From Podarcis vaucheri (Eukaryota), in the NCBI GenBank assembly GCA_965113315.1, contig OZ220370.1: a stretch of 64,000 nt of DNA; one strand, 5' to 3'. How positions within the stretch are numbered: position 1 is the first letter of the stretch; every line of letters starts with the position of its first letter. The translations under genes and the position numbers were made by a program. Below are positions 1-13,273 of the stretch, piece after piece. The notes under the pieces were generated by a model. That model ran no database searches, was not told where the DNA came from, and saw nothing but the letters and a program-made list of their open reading frames with translations.

Positions 1-3000
1 AACTGAAGTTACTTTTGTCATTTAACAATTCCCCAGGATGTATTATTAATTAACCTCTTCCCTCTCTTCTGTTTTTAAGCATTCTAACATAATGCTTCTG
101 AAAGATATGGAATAATAAGGGCTATTTCAGGAAAATTATTTTAATACAAGTATGGGAAACAGTGACTAACATAACATACAGCTCAATACCCTTTTGGAAA
201 ACAGAAAATATTCTTTTCTGTAAATTAAAGTCTTAGCTTTGATCTCATGCTCTCTCTCAGTATGTCAGCTAAACATAGCGTCATAGGAAAGAAGAATGCT
301 AAAGCATTGGAAACACTATAATTACTGTTCTGAGATTGGATATTGTTTAGACAGTTAACATGCAGCTTTTGCACCCAAAAGGGGACACCTCTATTTGTGC
401 TCTTGAGGTATGTTCATGGTTGTCTGATTTAGATCTTTCTTTCCAACTGCACATGGCACAGATTCAACTTCCCCCTTCCCTTGATTTGTACAATATTCAT
501 GATTTACTCTTGATCATACAATTATCAGACCAAATCAGTTTGTAACATATCTTTGGAGAAGTAACTTTATTCCATTTCACACACGGACATATTTATAATA
601 AATTAAAGTGCATATTTAGAGTTCAGTCCAGAACCATAATAATCAATGGAATTTCTGCAGTTTCCTTCAGTGAGGCATCAATCACTATGTGCCGTGATGC
701 TGCATCCAATTATGTGCACTTAGTCCCACTGAAATTAATGAGTATAAGCATATGCAGTGTGTTTACAAACCATCCTAATGTGCCAGCAGAATTTAACACT
801 AGAAGATATGCTCATGGAGTTCATTCCATCACTGTAAAACCTGGAAATAGACAAAGCAAGCTTTCCTCAGCTGATTTGATATAGGTAAACAAAGAGGTAT
901 TTTATGAGGTATGCAATACCCAGGACTTAGAAAACTTTACAAGTTTAAAACTAGTGCTCCAGTCGTGCCATGATTCAAGCATAGTAAATTATTAGCAAGT
1001 TTACTTAATAGTAGAGATGAGCTGAAGTTCAGAAGGTGCCAATTTTTGCATCATTTTTCAGTCTTTAAAATCAAAGTAGATTTATTGAATCAGTAGTCAT
1101 GGCTCATGACTGCAATACGGTGCACGAAAAGCAAATGCTAACAGTGATCCAAAGCCTCTGAGCAGGGAAATGTCCTCCTCAATATGTATGATTCAAAGAG
1201 CAGAGCAAGTGCTGTTCATTTCTGTTTTTTCTCTAGTTTGATGTAGAAGCAACTAAATGGAATGTCTGAAGCTGGGAAGGAGGATGGAACTGTGTAACTG
1301 CACAGATGTAACTGGTTACGTATAAGCAACATAGTTTTCTTCTTTGTACAGGCATATATATGGTGGGGGGTGCAACTGTAGATAGGATAACTAAACTATT
1401 GAGGGCAGTCAGCACTGGTTCAAAATTCTGTTGCTTGAAGCATAATCATTTTATTTATATGCTGAGTTTCCATAGTTAAAACTATGCTCAATGCGGGTGG
1501 GTTACCCCACTAGAGCTGACAGGTTGCAAATACTAGCTTGCAGGATCCTGAATCCCAATCTATATAGGAAGATAACACATGTGTGCCTGCACGGAGACCA
1601 TGAAGCAGAACAAAGAATTACAATTTAATTTTCATTTATACCTTTGAAAATAGGGACAGAATTCAATGGTGCACAAGCAAACTACCGCTTGCACAAGGCT
1701 TTGTTTCCTCCTCTCCTCCCTGCAGCCCCCTGTGCATTGCCAGAATCTACTATGGAGGGTTTCCCTATCCCCTGATGCAGAGATTGAGAGTGCTAGTAAT
1801 GCTGCAATGAGGGAGTAAGGAAGATTAAGTCCCATTGCACAAGCGTAAGTCTGTTCCTCTTGCACACATTGGATAGAACCCTAGGTTTACAGCAATTATA
1901 CTAAAATGTTAATCTCATATAGCTTATCGTAAATGGTAAATTACAGAACCTTTAATTGATAAGGTTTGCTAGTTTGAACAGAGGTTTCAAAGACACAAAG
2001 CGGGCACAGCAGCCATCAAATGATCAAAAGACACTCATTTAACACATAAGGAAAGTATCTTAAACAAAAAGTTTGTGTGGGATTGTTATAGCGATTTTTT
2101 TAATGCTCTTTAATGAAGCAATGAGTTTTGTCTATGAGTGTATCATTAAACACAGAAGAAAGCAGGCAAATAAGAAATTAATTTCTAAAGATAAAGTCCT
2201 GCAGGCATCATTCCATGGGTGACAACAGATGCAGTTCACAACAGAATACCAGGGAAGTTTTCTTAAAGCAGATGCAGAGATCTCTGATTAAATATTACTA
2301 GATGCTAGTTTGGTCTAATACCAAAATTCTAATAAAGCCACAATGAAACAAGCAAATACTGCTTAGGTAATTATAAGCAACTTTGCTAGGAGTTGCAAGA
2401 GAACATAACCTTTCATATTGTGTAAACAGTTGCTTAATTGCTGTGATATTTTCAAGAACATCTAGCACTCAGGCATCAAACTCAAAAAGGTTGGAGAACC
2501 AAAATCTCTCAACCTCAACCCTGCACAGGGGTCACACACAAACTTCCCAATTTTAATGATGAACCAGTAACAGATCAGTGGCTAACTTATAAAAATAGCC
2601 CACAGACAACACCAGCCACACTTACTTCACAACTCTTTCATAACTTGCTTCTAAAAATTCCAGTTTCCACTTCCCTACCATCTAAAACTTCTTTCAAGAT
2701 GCCATTGCTTGCCCTAAAAAAAGCAAAGGAGCAGGAGCAGCAGGTCCCCAGCAGTTTTGCCCAGCAGTTTGGATCAAGCATTGAGGACTCAGAGCCTCTT
2801 TAAAAGCCCCTTGGGTCTTAATGTTTGACAGCCCTACACCAACAGCAATGATGTAGCTCCTTATTCAGTCCAGGCAGTTCTTCCAGGAGAGCAAGATGGT
2901 AGGCAGGATAAGTATAAAAAACCTTTACTAATGATCTAAATCAAAGGTGAGGAACTTATGGCCCTCCAGGTGTTGCTGACAACAATGCCCCCAAAGTTAC

Positions 3001-3138
3001 TAACAATATGCATAATGAGATACGTACGTGCAAACCTAATTAATCACACAAACCCAGTGACATATCTAATGCAGAAAATGCCACTAATCCAGCCATTAAT
3101 TATTCCTTGCAAGTGATAGCTTTCCTTCAGTAAGCATA

Positions 3139-3500
3139 AAGGTAAAGGTAAAGGTACCCCTGCCCGAACGGGCCAGTCTTGACAGACTCTGGGGTTTGTG
3201 CGCCCATCTCACTCAAGAGGCCGGGGGCCAGTGCTGTCCGGAGACACTTCCGGGTCACGTGGCCAGCGTGACAAGCTGCATCTGGCGAGCCAGCGCAGCA
3301 CACGGAACGCCGTTTACCTTCCCGCTGGTAAGCGGTACCTATTTATCTACTTGCACCCGGGGGTGCTTTCGAACTGCTAGGTTGGCAGGCGCTGGGACCG
3401 AGCAGCGGGAGCGCACCCCGCCACGGGGATTCGAACCGCCGACCTTTCGATCGGCAAGCCCTAGGCGCTGAGGCTTTTACCCACAGCGCCACCCGCTCCC
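3139..3500 (-). mobile_element. Sauria SINE (Squam1), young subfamily, full length
   Basis: tRNA-like head with B-box GGTTCGAATCC, (ACCTTT)n tail, CpG-rich; 12-bp TSD TCAGTAAGCATA at 3127-3138 and 3506-3517. Confidence 0.92.
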
Positions 3501-3971
3501 TTGTATCAGTAAGCATACTGCGCTCTAATTAAAAGTTAGCACCCTCTTATGTTATTTCCTGGGAAATACAAGCTCACGGGTACACAGTATGATTGGTTAA
3601 GATGTCTGTTTGAATTTGCTACAACTCTGTGGCAGGAAATTTAATTGATGTGAACCCTGACAACTACTCATAACCTCTGTATTTTATTTAATATTACCTT
3701 GCTCATTCCTGGACACCAGTGAAAACCCCGTTACAAATTCAGGTCACCACACACTGATAAGCCCCTTCACTCATATCCTCAGACAGATCAGCTTTTTGGG
3801 ATATATCCAAAAAGCTGCTTCGTGTCTTCAAGATGCTCTAATACCATTGACTGCTGCTGGAGCTCGCTTCTCTAGCTTTAGCCATTATCCTTTCATTGCC
3901 CCTCTCATCCCCATTTCCCTGCCTACGATCTGTGTTTGTTATTTTTTTGGATCTCGTATGGGTACCTCATA

Positions 3972-4330
3972 AAAGGTAAAGGTACCCCTGCCCGAACGGG
4001 CCAGTCTTGACAGACTGTGGGGTTTGTGCGCCCATCTCACATTTATTGACCGGGGGCCAGCGCTGTCCGGGGACACTTCTGGGTCACGTGGCCAGCGTGA
4101 CATCGCTGCTCTGGCGAGCCAGAGCCGCACACGGAACGCCGTTTACCTTCCCGCTGGTAAGCGGTACCTATTTATCTACTTGCCCCCGGGGGTGCTTTCG
4201 AACTGCTAGGTGGGCAGGCGCTGGGACCGAACAGCGGGAGCGCACCCCGCCGCGGGGATTCGAACCGCCGACCTTTCGATCGGCAAGCCCTAGGCGTTGA
4301 GGCTTTAGCCCACAGCGCCACCCGCGTCCC
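3972..4330 (-). mobile_element. Sauria SINE, young subfamily, full length
   Basis: GGGACGCGGGTGGCGCTGTGG head, ACCTTT tail; 15-bp TSD TATGGGTACCT(C/T)ATA at 3957-3971 and 4331-4345. Confidence 0.93.
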
Positions 4331-5859
4331 TATGGGTACCTTATAGGAAGGCACAAATCACTGTCTATCTAAATAAGAAGGGTTTTTTCCTACTTTTCAG
4401 ACTATGAGGGTTCTTGAGAACCTGAAGAATATATATTTGGCCTTGGGGTTGGCTTGGTGGCACTGTAGAATCCTCTAAACCTAACTGTGATGGTGCACAA
4501 CATGTTGTAATGAAATCCACTTATCAGCTTTCCTGTATTCAACAGCATGCCAAGCCTCTCTTTCTACTTTTCGTATGTAGATCTTGCTCATTTACAGCTC
4601 TTGCAAAAGCTGAATCTCAGCTATCTGCAAGTGATCCCTTCTTCCAAGTCAGTCTCCAACCCCCCTTCTCCTGGCGCCCAGTCATTAGTATCCAGCCATC
4701 ACTCCTCAGTGTCCAGACAGTCCCTGACATCTAGTGACGGAGTTGACATCCGTTCTATCCTTAAGTCTTTTCTAGTCAACTGCTTTCATTGCAGCAAACC
4801 TGTGACTGCAAAAAGCAAAACATCATGTGTGTATATGTCCTCCCACTCAAATGTTCACATTTGAATTAGTACCACTATGGCATCATGTATGCAAAAAACA
4901 CAGATGTGTGTTCACTCTACTCACTATCACTCTTTCCTTCCCTGAAGCAGGTGTGGGAGGGTAGATGACAGTCTGGCATAACTATATTGTTAAGAACATA
5001 TCTGTAAGAACATTGCTATGCCTTTCACTCAAAAGAGAGACTTATCTAGATATTACTAAGAAGTGCTTTTCTCAAAGGAAGAGCATTCCTATTCTAGCTG
5101 TCTCCGTTCCTCACTCCTGTGATGAAAGAATAGTGATTTACATAGGACTCATAAGGAACAAATTTTCTCAGAGAGAATATATGTACATATGGAGGATCTC
5201 CATCTTCTAATAGTTATGGAATGACTGGATATTACAAAGCATTCCCAAAACATGTAGAAGTGGAAGTGACACGAGCATTTCCAATGGATTCTTGCTCTTA
5301 TTGTGGATGCCCAGGATAATAAGCCTGTGGTCTGCATTAATCTCATAAAGTGGTACCCCTGGTTTTCTTCATGCAAAGCTTAACATATGTTAACTCTAGA
5401 TTAATTTTAAACACAAACCTCCACTGTTAACACATTAGTCCCTAATACAGGGCTTCCCCAGAAGATTATGAATTCCATTACTCTCTGCATCTGTTCAACT
5501 ATTACATGTGCTAAGTATCTCATTTGGTCCACACAGCCGCTAAAATGTTAATTACAGCACTCAAATGCGAGCGTATGCATTAGTAAATAACTGTGCTTGG
5601 AAGATGGTTTGTGTTTGTTATAATTGAATACTGTGGTTGCTGTCAGGAAGGGCAGGGAAGTTGCAGTATCAGACTCTAGATGTCAAAAACATTCAATACA
5701 TATTGCCAAATATCTTTTTCTTTCTTTTTGTTGTTAGGAACTTCTTGTGCCCCCGAGAGACTAAAATGTCATGCTCAGCTGCCCTTGGAAAACACACTGC
5801 AAAGAGTCCCCCACCCCAAGTAATGGATGACGCCTTTCTGTCAAACTTATATGTGATTC

Positions 5860-6440
5860 NNNNNNNNNNNNNNNNNNNNNNNNNNNNNNNNNNNNNNNNN
5901 NNNNNNNNNNNNNNNNNNNNNNNNNNNNNNNNNNNNNNNNNNNNNNNNNNNNNNNNNNNNNNNNNNNNNNNNNNNNNNNNNNNNNNNNNNNNNNNNNNNN
6001 NNNNNNNNNNNNNNNNNNNNNNNNNNNNNNNNNNNNNNNNNNNNNNNNNNNNNNNNNNNNNNNNNNNNNNNNNNNNNNNNNNNNNNNNNNNNNNNNNNNN
6101 NNNNNNNNNNNNNNNNNNNNNNNNNNNNNNNNNNNNNNNNNNNNNNNNNNNNNNNNNNNNNNNNNNNNNNNNNNNNNNNNNNNTCTAGTATTTCTGGTCA
6201 GTGTCAATATGCTCTGCATCCTTGCAGTTAACAGATGTCTTCTCTTGTCGAATGAATTACTTTATGTTTCACGCANNNNNNNNNNNNNNNNNNNNNNNNN
6301 NNNNNNNNNNNNNNNNNNNNNNNNNNNNNNNNNNNNNNNNNNNNNNNNNNNNNNNNNNNNNNNNNNNNNNNNNNNNNNNNNNNNNNNNNNNNNNNNNNNN
6401 NNNNNNNNNNNNNNNNNNNNNNNNNNNNNNNNNNNNNNNN
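5860..6440. other. Two N-runs (5860-6183, 324 nt; 6276-6440, 165 nt) separated by 92 nt of sequence
   Basis: Direct read. Confidence 0.99.
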
Positions 6441-6959
6441 ATGAGAGAGCCACTGTGATGGACGCTTCTTGTCAAAAAGCTTATTGATGAAGCACAAACC
6501 CAATTTACAATCATACAAAGGACTACCTTGCAATTATGTTAGTAATGTAATGCTCCTTAGACTCTACAAATAATACTTAATCATTTCAAGAGAAGCTAGA
6601 GCTACCGTGTTTTGCAAGCTATTTTCATTATTCTCTTCTCATTTTCGATACAGGGAACCCCAGTTTTGGGATGGGGTTAAGTGGGACAACCCCATCAAAA
6701 TATCATTAACCTGGGTAGTCTTTTTTAAAAAAATCACAATAATTTGTTTTAAGTTGAACACCCACATTTTAATGGTGAAACAGTACACATTATTGTACAA
6801 GCCAAGTATCTTTTAAACTACTGTGGAAATGCAGGAGTACATATTTGCAAAGGACTTAAACCATGGGCACTCCAAGGGATGAGTGTCCCCCCCCCCTTTA
6901 TTCATATCAGTTTAAATACAAAACAGAAACGACCAACAACATGGGAGATTTTGTTTGAA

Positions 6960-7060
6960 ATTCTGGGCAAGTCATTTTCATTTTCAGTCATCCCCTGTAA
7001 AAATGGAACAGTAAATCTATCTCATAGGGCAAACAAATAATTATTGTGAGCATTTCTAGC
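6960..7060 (+). mobile_element. MIR/CORE-SINE relic
   Basis: TGGGCAAGTCA...CTGTAAAAATGG...TCTCATAGGG pattern. Confidence 0.5.
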
Positions 7061-7312
7061 ATAAAAATTGTATCTCCTTTTTCTACATATTACCCTTCTG
7101 TATCCACAGAGAGGCAAGGGACGTTTTTCTCTTTTATTGGACTTTGGTCATAAACACATAGTTAAAACATTAGCTTAACTTAAAGTAACAGTTGTTCTAT
7201 CAAGGTAACCGATCTTACAACGTTTAGACTGGGGCACCCAAATCAGGAAATATGTCAACAGCACTAATTCTATAAATAACATTCATTCACAGAATACAAT
7301 TAAAAGTTGTAC

Positions 7313-7455
7313 CTGTTTTATCAGTCAGTAGATACACCAGACGACCTAGTTCTTCAGGTATGGTGCTTGTTCGAACAACTGTTCCAGGTATATTGTCATC
7401 TTTCATAATCATCCATCCATAGGCTGCTTTGCCCATATCTAGGTTCACACGTAAA
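7313..7455 (-). CDS. ATP9B: ATP9B coding exon (143 nt, probably exon 13): (S)[47 protein letters not shown](G)
   Basis: Acceptor TTTTTCAG, donor GTACAA; contains catalytic DKTG(T) aspartate; lies inside ORF 7287..7595. Confidence 0.97.
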
Positions 7456-7939
7456 CTGAAAAATACACATATGTCCCTCTTGTGTTTAACAACTTCACTA
7501 TTTATGATAGTAAACAAAACGTTAAACCAATAGCGGAGTTTATCTAAATAAGCAATTGATGGTCCTATGAGCTGGAGCTTTATATCAAGAGGCAAGAGTG
7601 TTCAAATTGTATTAAAATAGTTTGAAGAGCTAGTTATGCTTTAATCACTCAATTAACTGTGGGTGCAACCCAGGAAAATTTTCCTCCTGACTCTCACAGA
7701 AATCAGGATTTAGGCACATCTAATCTTTCCTTTTATCAGTAGATTATTCAATTTAGTGTTTGTGCTTGACATTTTAATCTTAGACCACTGCACTGATATA
7801 ATTTCTGGTTAAGCTGTAGTAAGGTCCTGGTTCATAAAGGCATTGTGGCAGATGAAAATCCTGAACGCATATATCTATCCATCTATCTCACAATAAACAC
7901 ATTTTCAGGTTTTAGCATGTTTGCATACACAATCACAAT

Positions 7940-8470
7940 GCTGCAAGTGCGCAGTTCACCAAAACAATTAGCCTCTTGTCACTCTGCCCACACATCCCTC
8001 CTTAAAAACCTACGTTGGCTTTGTGTATACATGTGGATCCACCACAAACTCCTTACCCTTCAATGTCTTCCATTGCCTTGTGGTCCTTACCACTCTCTCT
8101 TATATCCTCTCATTCCCTTCTTGTGGTTTCATTCATCCAGTACCACAAACTTCAGCCTGCTGAAGGTTTCCTGCTCCCTGAAAGAACTCTACCTTTTCTT
8201 GCCTGGTATTGTGTCTTAAAACATTTGCATGCAACCACCTTACTTCCTTCAAATACTGTCTAAAAACCTCTGTTTTCTATGACGCTTTTGTCACAAACCC
8301 TTATCTACTATAACTATACCTAAGATTGTATAATTGGAAACCATATATTCTTCCCTTCTAACTCTTGCATTTGTATTCACACCTCGTGCTGTTCTTTCCT
8401 TTGCACTGAATTTTACATTGGTGCTTTAGATTTGCAAAACACTGTGCACGCTGATGGCATCATATTAAAT
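7940..8470 (+). mobile_element. Ancient degenerate L2 3' end
   Basis: ORF 7845 remnant HTSLLKNLRWL...IHHKLLTL resembles L2 'HITPLLKSLHWLP...IxxKLL'; boundaries approximate. Confidence 0.55.
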
Positions 8471-8619
8471 AGCCTTTTCCTTGCATGATACTGTAGCAAA
8501 TGTAAGTTATTAACAAGTATCTTCTTAAAGCAATGCTCTCCTTTGAACCTAGTGTTTATTAAATTAAATAGAAGCAGAACATATATATTAAAATGGACAG
8601 CTATAGCATATAGACAAAT

Positions 8620-9230
8620 TACTGTTGTCTATCCTCTGGTAACTTCTAGGTTAGATTACTCCAACTTGTTATAGGTGGGGCCGTCTCTGAAGACAGTTCA
8701 GAAACTTCAGTTAGTGCAGAATTCAGCACCCAGTCAGTCAGTCAGTTTTATTGCAGATAGCCAAAGGCTGCCGCTATGTACACAGAATCATTCAACAATT
8801 AAAAGAAAATATACTGAATTGATACAAAAAACTTAAAACATTTATGTTATCAAGACACTACCTACTCTAAACAGTTATAAAAGTATCTTAATATACAAAT
8901 TAAGACATTAAACAGAATTCAGCACCCAGGTTCCTCACTAGGATAAGATGGTTTGAGCAAATAACACCAATTCTGGCCTGACTCCACTGGCTGCCAGTTA
9001 ATTTCCGGGCCCAATTCACAGTGTTGGCTTAGACATATAAAGCCTTAAATAGCTCAGGGCCACAATACCTCAAGGACAGGCTCTTCCCATATGAACTGAC
9101 TCAGACCCTGCAATCATCATTTGAGGCCCTTGTTCGTGTGCCAGCTCCACAAGAGTTCTGGAGGGTGGCAATATGAGAACGGGCCTTTTCTGTGGTGGCT
9201 CCCCACTTGTGGAATGCTCTCCTCAGGGAT
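8620..9230 (+). mobile_element. L2-clade LINE 3' portion, same family as 26930-27600, interrupted at 8734-8912
   Basis: CTGGTAACTTCTAGGTTAGATTACT...CAGAAACTTCAG...GGGCCTTTTCTGTGGTGGCTCCC collinear with the 27-kb copy. Confidence 0.8.
8734..8912 (-). mobile_element. Short retroposed insert (5'-truncated non-LTR element 3' end) with (TGAC)n tail
   Basis: Perfect 17-bp TSD CAGAATTCAGCACCCAG at 8717-8733 and 8913-8929; minus strand ends AGCCTTTGGCT hairpin, AATAAA, (CTGA)3. Confidence 0.8.
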
Positions 9231-11596
9231 GAAAAGGGTAGGAAGAGTGACTGAGGGAAGGCATTAAAAACCCAAAGCACTTCCTGTCAAGTTTTGCCTA
9301 CTGACATGAATGACAAGTAGTAGAAGAATAGCAATGAATGTTCATTGCTGAAAAGATGAGAATGACTGGAAGCTAACATGCCAGATGCATATACTGTACA
9401 GAAAAAGGGCAACTTTATACCCAACATTATATAAGGCCCATGCACCCTTTGGGATATATCTAAAACTGAATGCATATTTCCGTCTCTCACCAATCTTCCC
9501 TACAGTAAGCCTTAGATAAAATGAGAGAAGCTTTTATAGATATCCAACACTCGTGCCCATTAGGGACCCTTCGTGGTCTATAAAAACATTTTTTCCTCTT
9601 GGTGCTAGCATTATCATGGCATCAAACTGTGTTAATGTTCACTGCTTGCTTTAAAAACAAACAAACAAAAAACAGAGTGAATGTGTGTTTACACACTGGA
9701 AACTTTGAGTACACAGCTTTTAAAGACCAACATAAATAAGGGTTCACTAAATGGCGACCCATTCCTGAGTGGGCAATCTTGATGGCATTTTCCTTAAAAG
9801 AACAGGGAAGCACCTCATTCTAAAGAACCAACATAAATATAAAACAGATCCCTTAAAAATATAGATCAGGGAGTGGGTGGAAGCGTTATGTAATTTGTCC
9901 CTAATGATAGTTCTGGCAACAGCTAATAATTGAAATTGGGTCAATTAGGCACAATATATATGGGCAGGTTTGGAATTCTTGGTTCTGTATTGGCACTGCT
10001 TAGATGTAGAAGGAAGCAAGTTTTCTGATATCAGAAACAAGCTGCAGGATTGTGTGTACTCTAACCATTTGCACTGAAATCCCCCACCACTTCTCTCTAT
10101 TTATGCAATGGGATTCTACAGAGCACATACAATTGAAGAGAACATGCATGGGGGAAACAGCATTTCCCCAGCCACAAAATATCACACTCTGAGCACTGGG
10201 CAAATATCACCGTAAAAGCGCAACATTGAGAAAGAGTGGCAGGATTCCGCGCAACTAACTGCGCAATTACTGTGCTAAAAAAGTCATCTGGAAAGGCCCT
10301 GAGATAATGTTCTGTTATTCTGTTAGTCACTACCTTGCCAGCTCTGCAGAATGCTGATCTCCTGATGGGCTAATAGTATCCTTTCACCCGATGATTTACT
10401 TAGAATAGTTTTGTAGTGTCATGCACAATAACTTCCAGCTGCCTTTAGCCAAATAAAATTCCTTAGGGGAGCTGTGATAGAAATATTTGACCTGTAGCAG
10501 CAAAAGAACTAAAAGGGAAGCAAATAAAACTATTTCTTTCCAACTTTGTTTGCTTTATTTCATGCTGCAAACTTGATGTATGGTGCATGAAACACTCATA
10601 GATGCTTGATTACATACCTGCAATTGCCAGCTTCGCCTGATTATTATGATCATGTGGTTAAGCATCACAACAGCATTGCAATAACTATTAAATCTTTGGG
10701 AAGTCTTAAATATCTTCCCAAAGCAGCATTTTCTAGATTCTAATGGAGACAAAGCCTTGTTGCAACACATTTTCATGATGCAGAAACTGGCAACTCAAAA
10801 GTAATGCCAATACTATGTTACCTAGTAAGATGTAATCTAAAGGAAACTGTGCAACATAATAACAGTCTGAAAAGTGTGGTCAGAGCATTGTCAGCTGAGT
10901 TAAAATGAAAATTGTCACTGAAAACCCATCATTTCAAATGCATAATGCCAGACTCAGGTAGAGCAGGGAGGATACCCACGGTCTGGCAGTCTGCTCTTGA
11001 TCTGTGAATTGTGGTTCTTCTACATCCCTTAAGTGCCAAATCAAGAATTTCAAATACTGCTCGTGTATATGGCCTCCATTTCTGAATTTGTGGTAACAGA
11101 ATATGTGATTTAACTTTAGAGAGACCCTTGATAGTTTAACAAACAAAAACTTGTTTTCTTTATCTGGATACTCCTAAAGCTTATAAAACCTTTTTTTTTA
11201 AGGGACAGGAAGTCAGACCAAGAATTGATGTATTAAAATGATTAGCATAGAGCTTCCTACATCTCTAGACACACAAAATTACAGGCATAAATATACACAG
11301 ATTTATTTGTAATGATTAACAAAAGGTAGCAAAAAGTAGCAAGCCAATTTACTAAGACAAGTTTTACTAAGACAAAAATAAAGCTCTAGCCATCATTATG
11401 GTACCAGACCTTATTTCATAACATGCCTTACTTTCCATAAATAGGTCCAGTGTGAATTATTTTTACAAATGAAATTCCTATTCCAGAACAGTCGTTATTG
11501 AAGAAAACATATGTTTGGGTTTCTTTAAAAAAAAAAAGCCCTAAAACCTAACCAAGTCATGCTTGTTCCTGTGAATCAGCAGTTTCCTACTAAGAT

Positions 11597-11666
11597 CTAC
11601 TCAGAGTAGACCCAATGAAATTAATAGACCTATGGTCATTAATTTCAGTGGGTATATTCTGAGTAG
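11597..11666. repeat. Palindromic MITE-like repeat (hairpin); degenerate relative at ~34630-34741
   Basis: CTACTCAGAGTAGACCCAATGAAATTAAT-AGACC-TAT-GGTC-ATTAATTTCAGTGGGTATATTCTGAGTAG. Confidence 0.7.
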
Positions 11667-13112
11667 GAATAACTAGATCCAAAGTTACACGTCTGAAGAG
11701 TAGCTACTGCCTTTAGTCATCCAGTTTGCAGCACTGCTGCTCCTCCCATCTTCACCGGTCACACCAGAAAAAGTCTTGGAACTTTAAAAGTAATGAACTT
11801 CTAAAATGAGATCTGGTGGAAGTTAAAGCTTTGTGTAAATCACAACTACTACTTTGTTGCTCCTGATTTTTAATCCCACTTGTGTGAAGCCTAGTTATTA
11901 AGCAGTTTAAGGGAAAGATACATGCTGAAAGACACACTATTTCAAAGGCATTTTCTTTATAAGTTCCAGTGCTAAACCATGGCACGGAAAACAGTTATTG
12001 GGTAATAATCCAATATGCTCATTCACCCAAATTAGACCCTCTTTAAATTACTTTTATATGCATTCAGTTATTTGTGCCCTTCAGGGTACACTTAGCTCTT
12101 GGACCAATTTTTTCATCAGATAGTGTAAGAGTAAGAAAGTGGGGTTGGCGTCAGCGAGGAATATCTGGCTAAAGAATTGACCCAAGGAAGCCAAGGAGTC
12201 TGCTAACACTTTTGTCAAACAGCTACAGAGGCAGAAGAATTCTAATCAGATCATGGTCCATGCATGTCTTAAACTTGTTTTATTCTAGGTTTCTGCAACT
12301 CCTGTGGACAGAGGAAAATGACTCATCACTTAGATCACTGTCCAGTTTGGCTATCTGCAGCTTTGTTATATACAGAAGAATCTGTGTTGATTTTTTTTAA
12401 TGTGCTGGTCACTTCTGTCACACCAGGTCTACAATTAGAGCTAAAAGGAATAATATCAACCAGTAGCATAAGTTACCTTTGAGTAGTCCAGAGTGATTTT
12501 TTCTACTGAGAAATATTCCACCAAGGTAAAATGTTTTAAATGAAAGCTGGTTTTGCAAATTACAAGATCACAGGAATGTCTGTTCATTCCTTTGTTTTGA
12601 ATAACTAAATAGTTAATAAATTGAACTATTCAGAAGACATGTTATTTGCTTGTGATCTCCAGCATAACCCACAACATATTTAACTTTAAAATATAGAGGG
12701 GGCCAATAACCTAACACTAAAGATATCTAAATAGCAGGGTAAAAAATGTTTTCATGCACAATGCTTTAACTAAAAGAATGGGATAAATTATGAATGCCTG
12801 AATAAAATCAAGCAAGCCTTTAAAATACACAATGTATTTTCTGATATACAAATATTACACCCTTTAAAAAGCATTAATTATTACATGGAATATTTCAGCT
12901 AGATTTAACATTATACAAACAAGTACAACGGAATGGTTTTTTGGTACAGTGATCTCTTCAGTATCTGCAGATTTGCTGGTACCTTCTACTACAGCTTCCT
13001 GATAAAATCAATTTCCTACACAATGAGAACCGAAGGTACAGTTTTTTAGTTTTTTTAAAGCTACATTTAGTGAAATTAGATATCTGTATTTCTCTCTTGT
13101 TCTTATACATAC

Positions 13113-13273
13113 CTGATAGGGATTATGTAGGAAAAAAGAAGAAGAAATCGAAAAAGGTTGCGGTACCATGGTCCCACAAATCCTTGCAAGGTTACCATAA
13201 CAATGGAAAGTGCAACTAAAGCCAAGAACAGTGCTTTGGTCAGTTGATTCAGTTCAAGATCCAGCAGGCCAAC
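13113..13273 (-). CDS. ATP9B: ATP9B coding exon (161 nt, probably exon 12): [53 protein letters not shown](S), TM3-TM4
   Basis: Acceptor CCTTTAG, donor GTATGT; two hydrophobic segments; start of PISL motif; WYRNLFRF as in ATP9B rather than ATP9A. Confidence 0.97.

Noticed and set aside
3196-4300. Recurring 91-97 aa ORFs (also 25610-25903, 61282-61467) resembling a small gene family
   Set aside because: They are antisense readings of GC-rich Sauria SINE copies, mostly with non-ATG starts and no splice or coding signature
5637-6533. Long ORFs spanning N-runs (also near 15.5-16.1 kb and 22.7-23.3 kb)
   Set aside because: Length is an artefact of Ns lacking stop codons
1-7312. Next ATP9B exon (GTLTQNEM...)
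   Set aside because: No matching sequence seen; probably beyond the window, and the N-run flanks show no clear splice signals. The preceding exon was likewise not seen in 58396-64000
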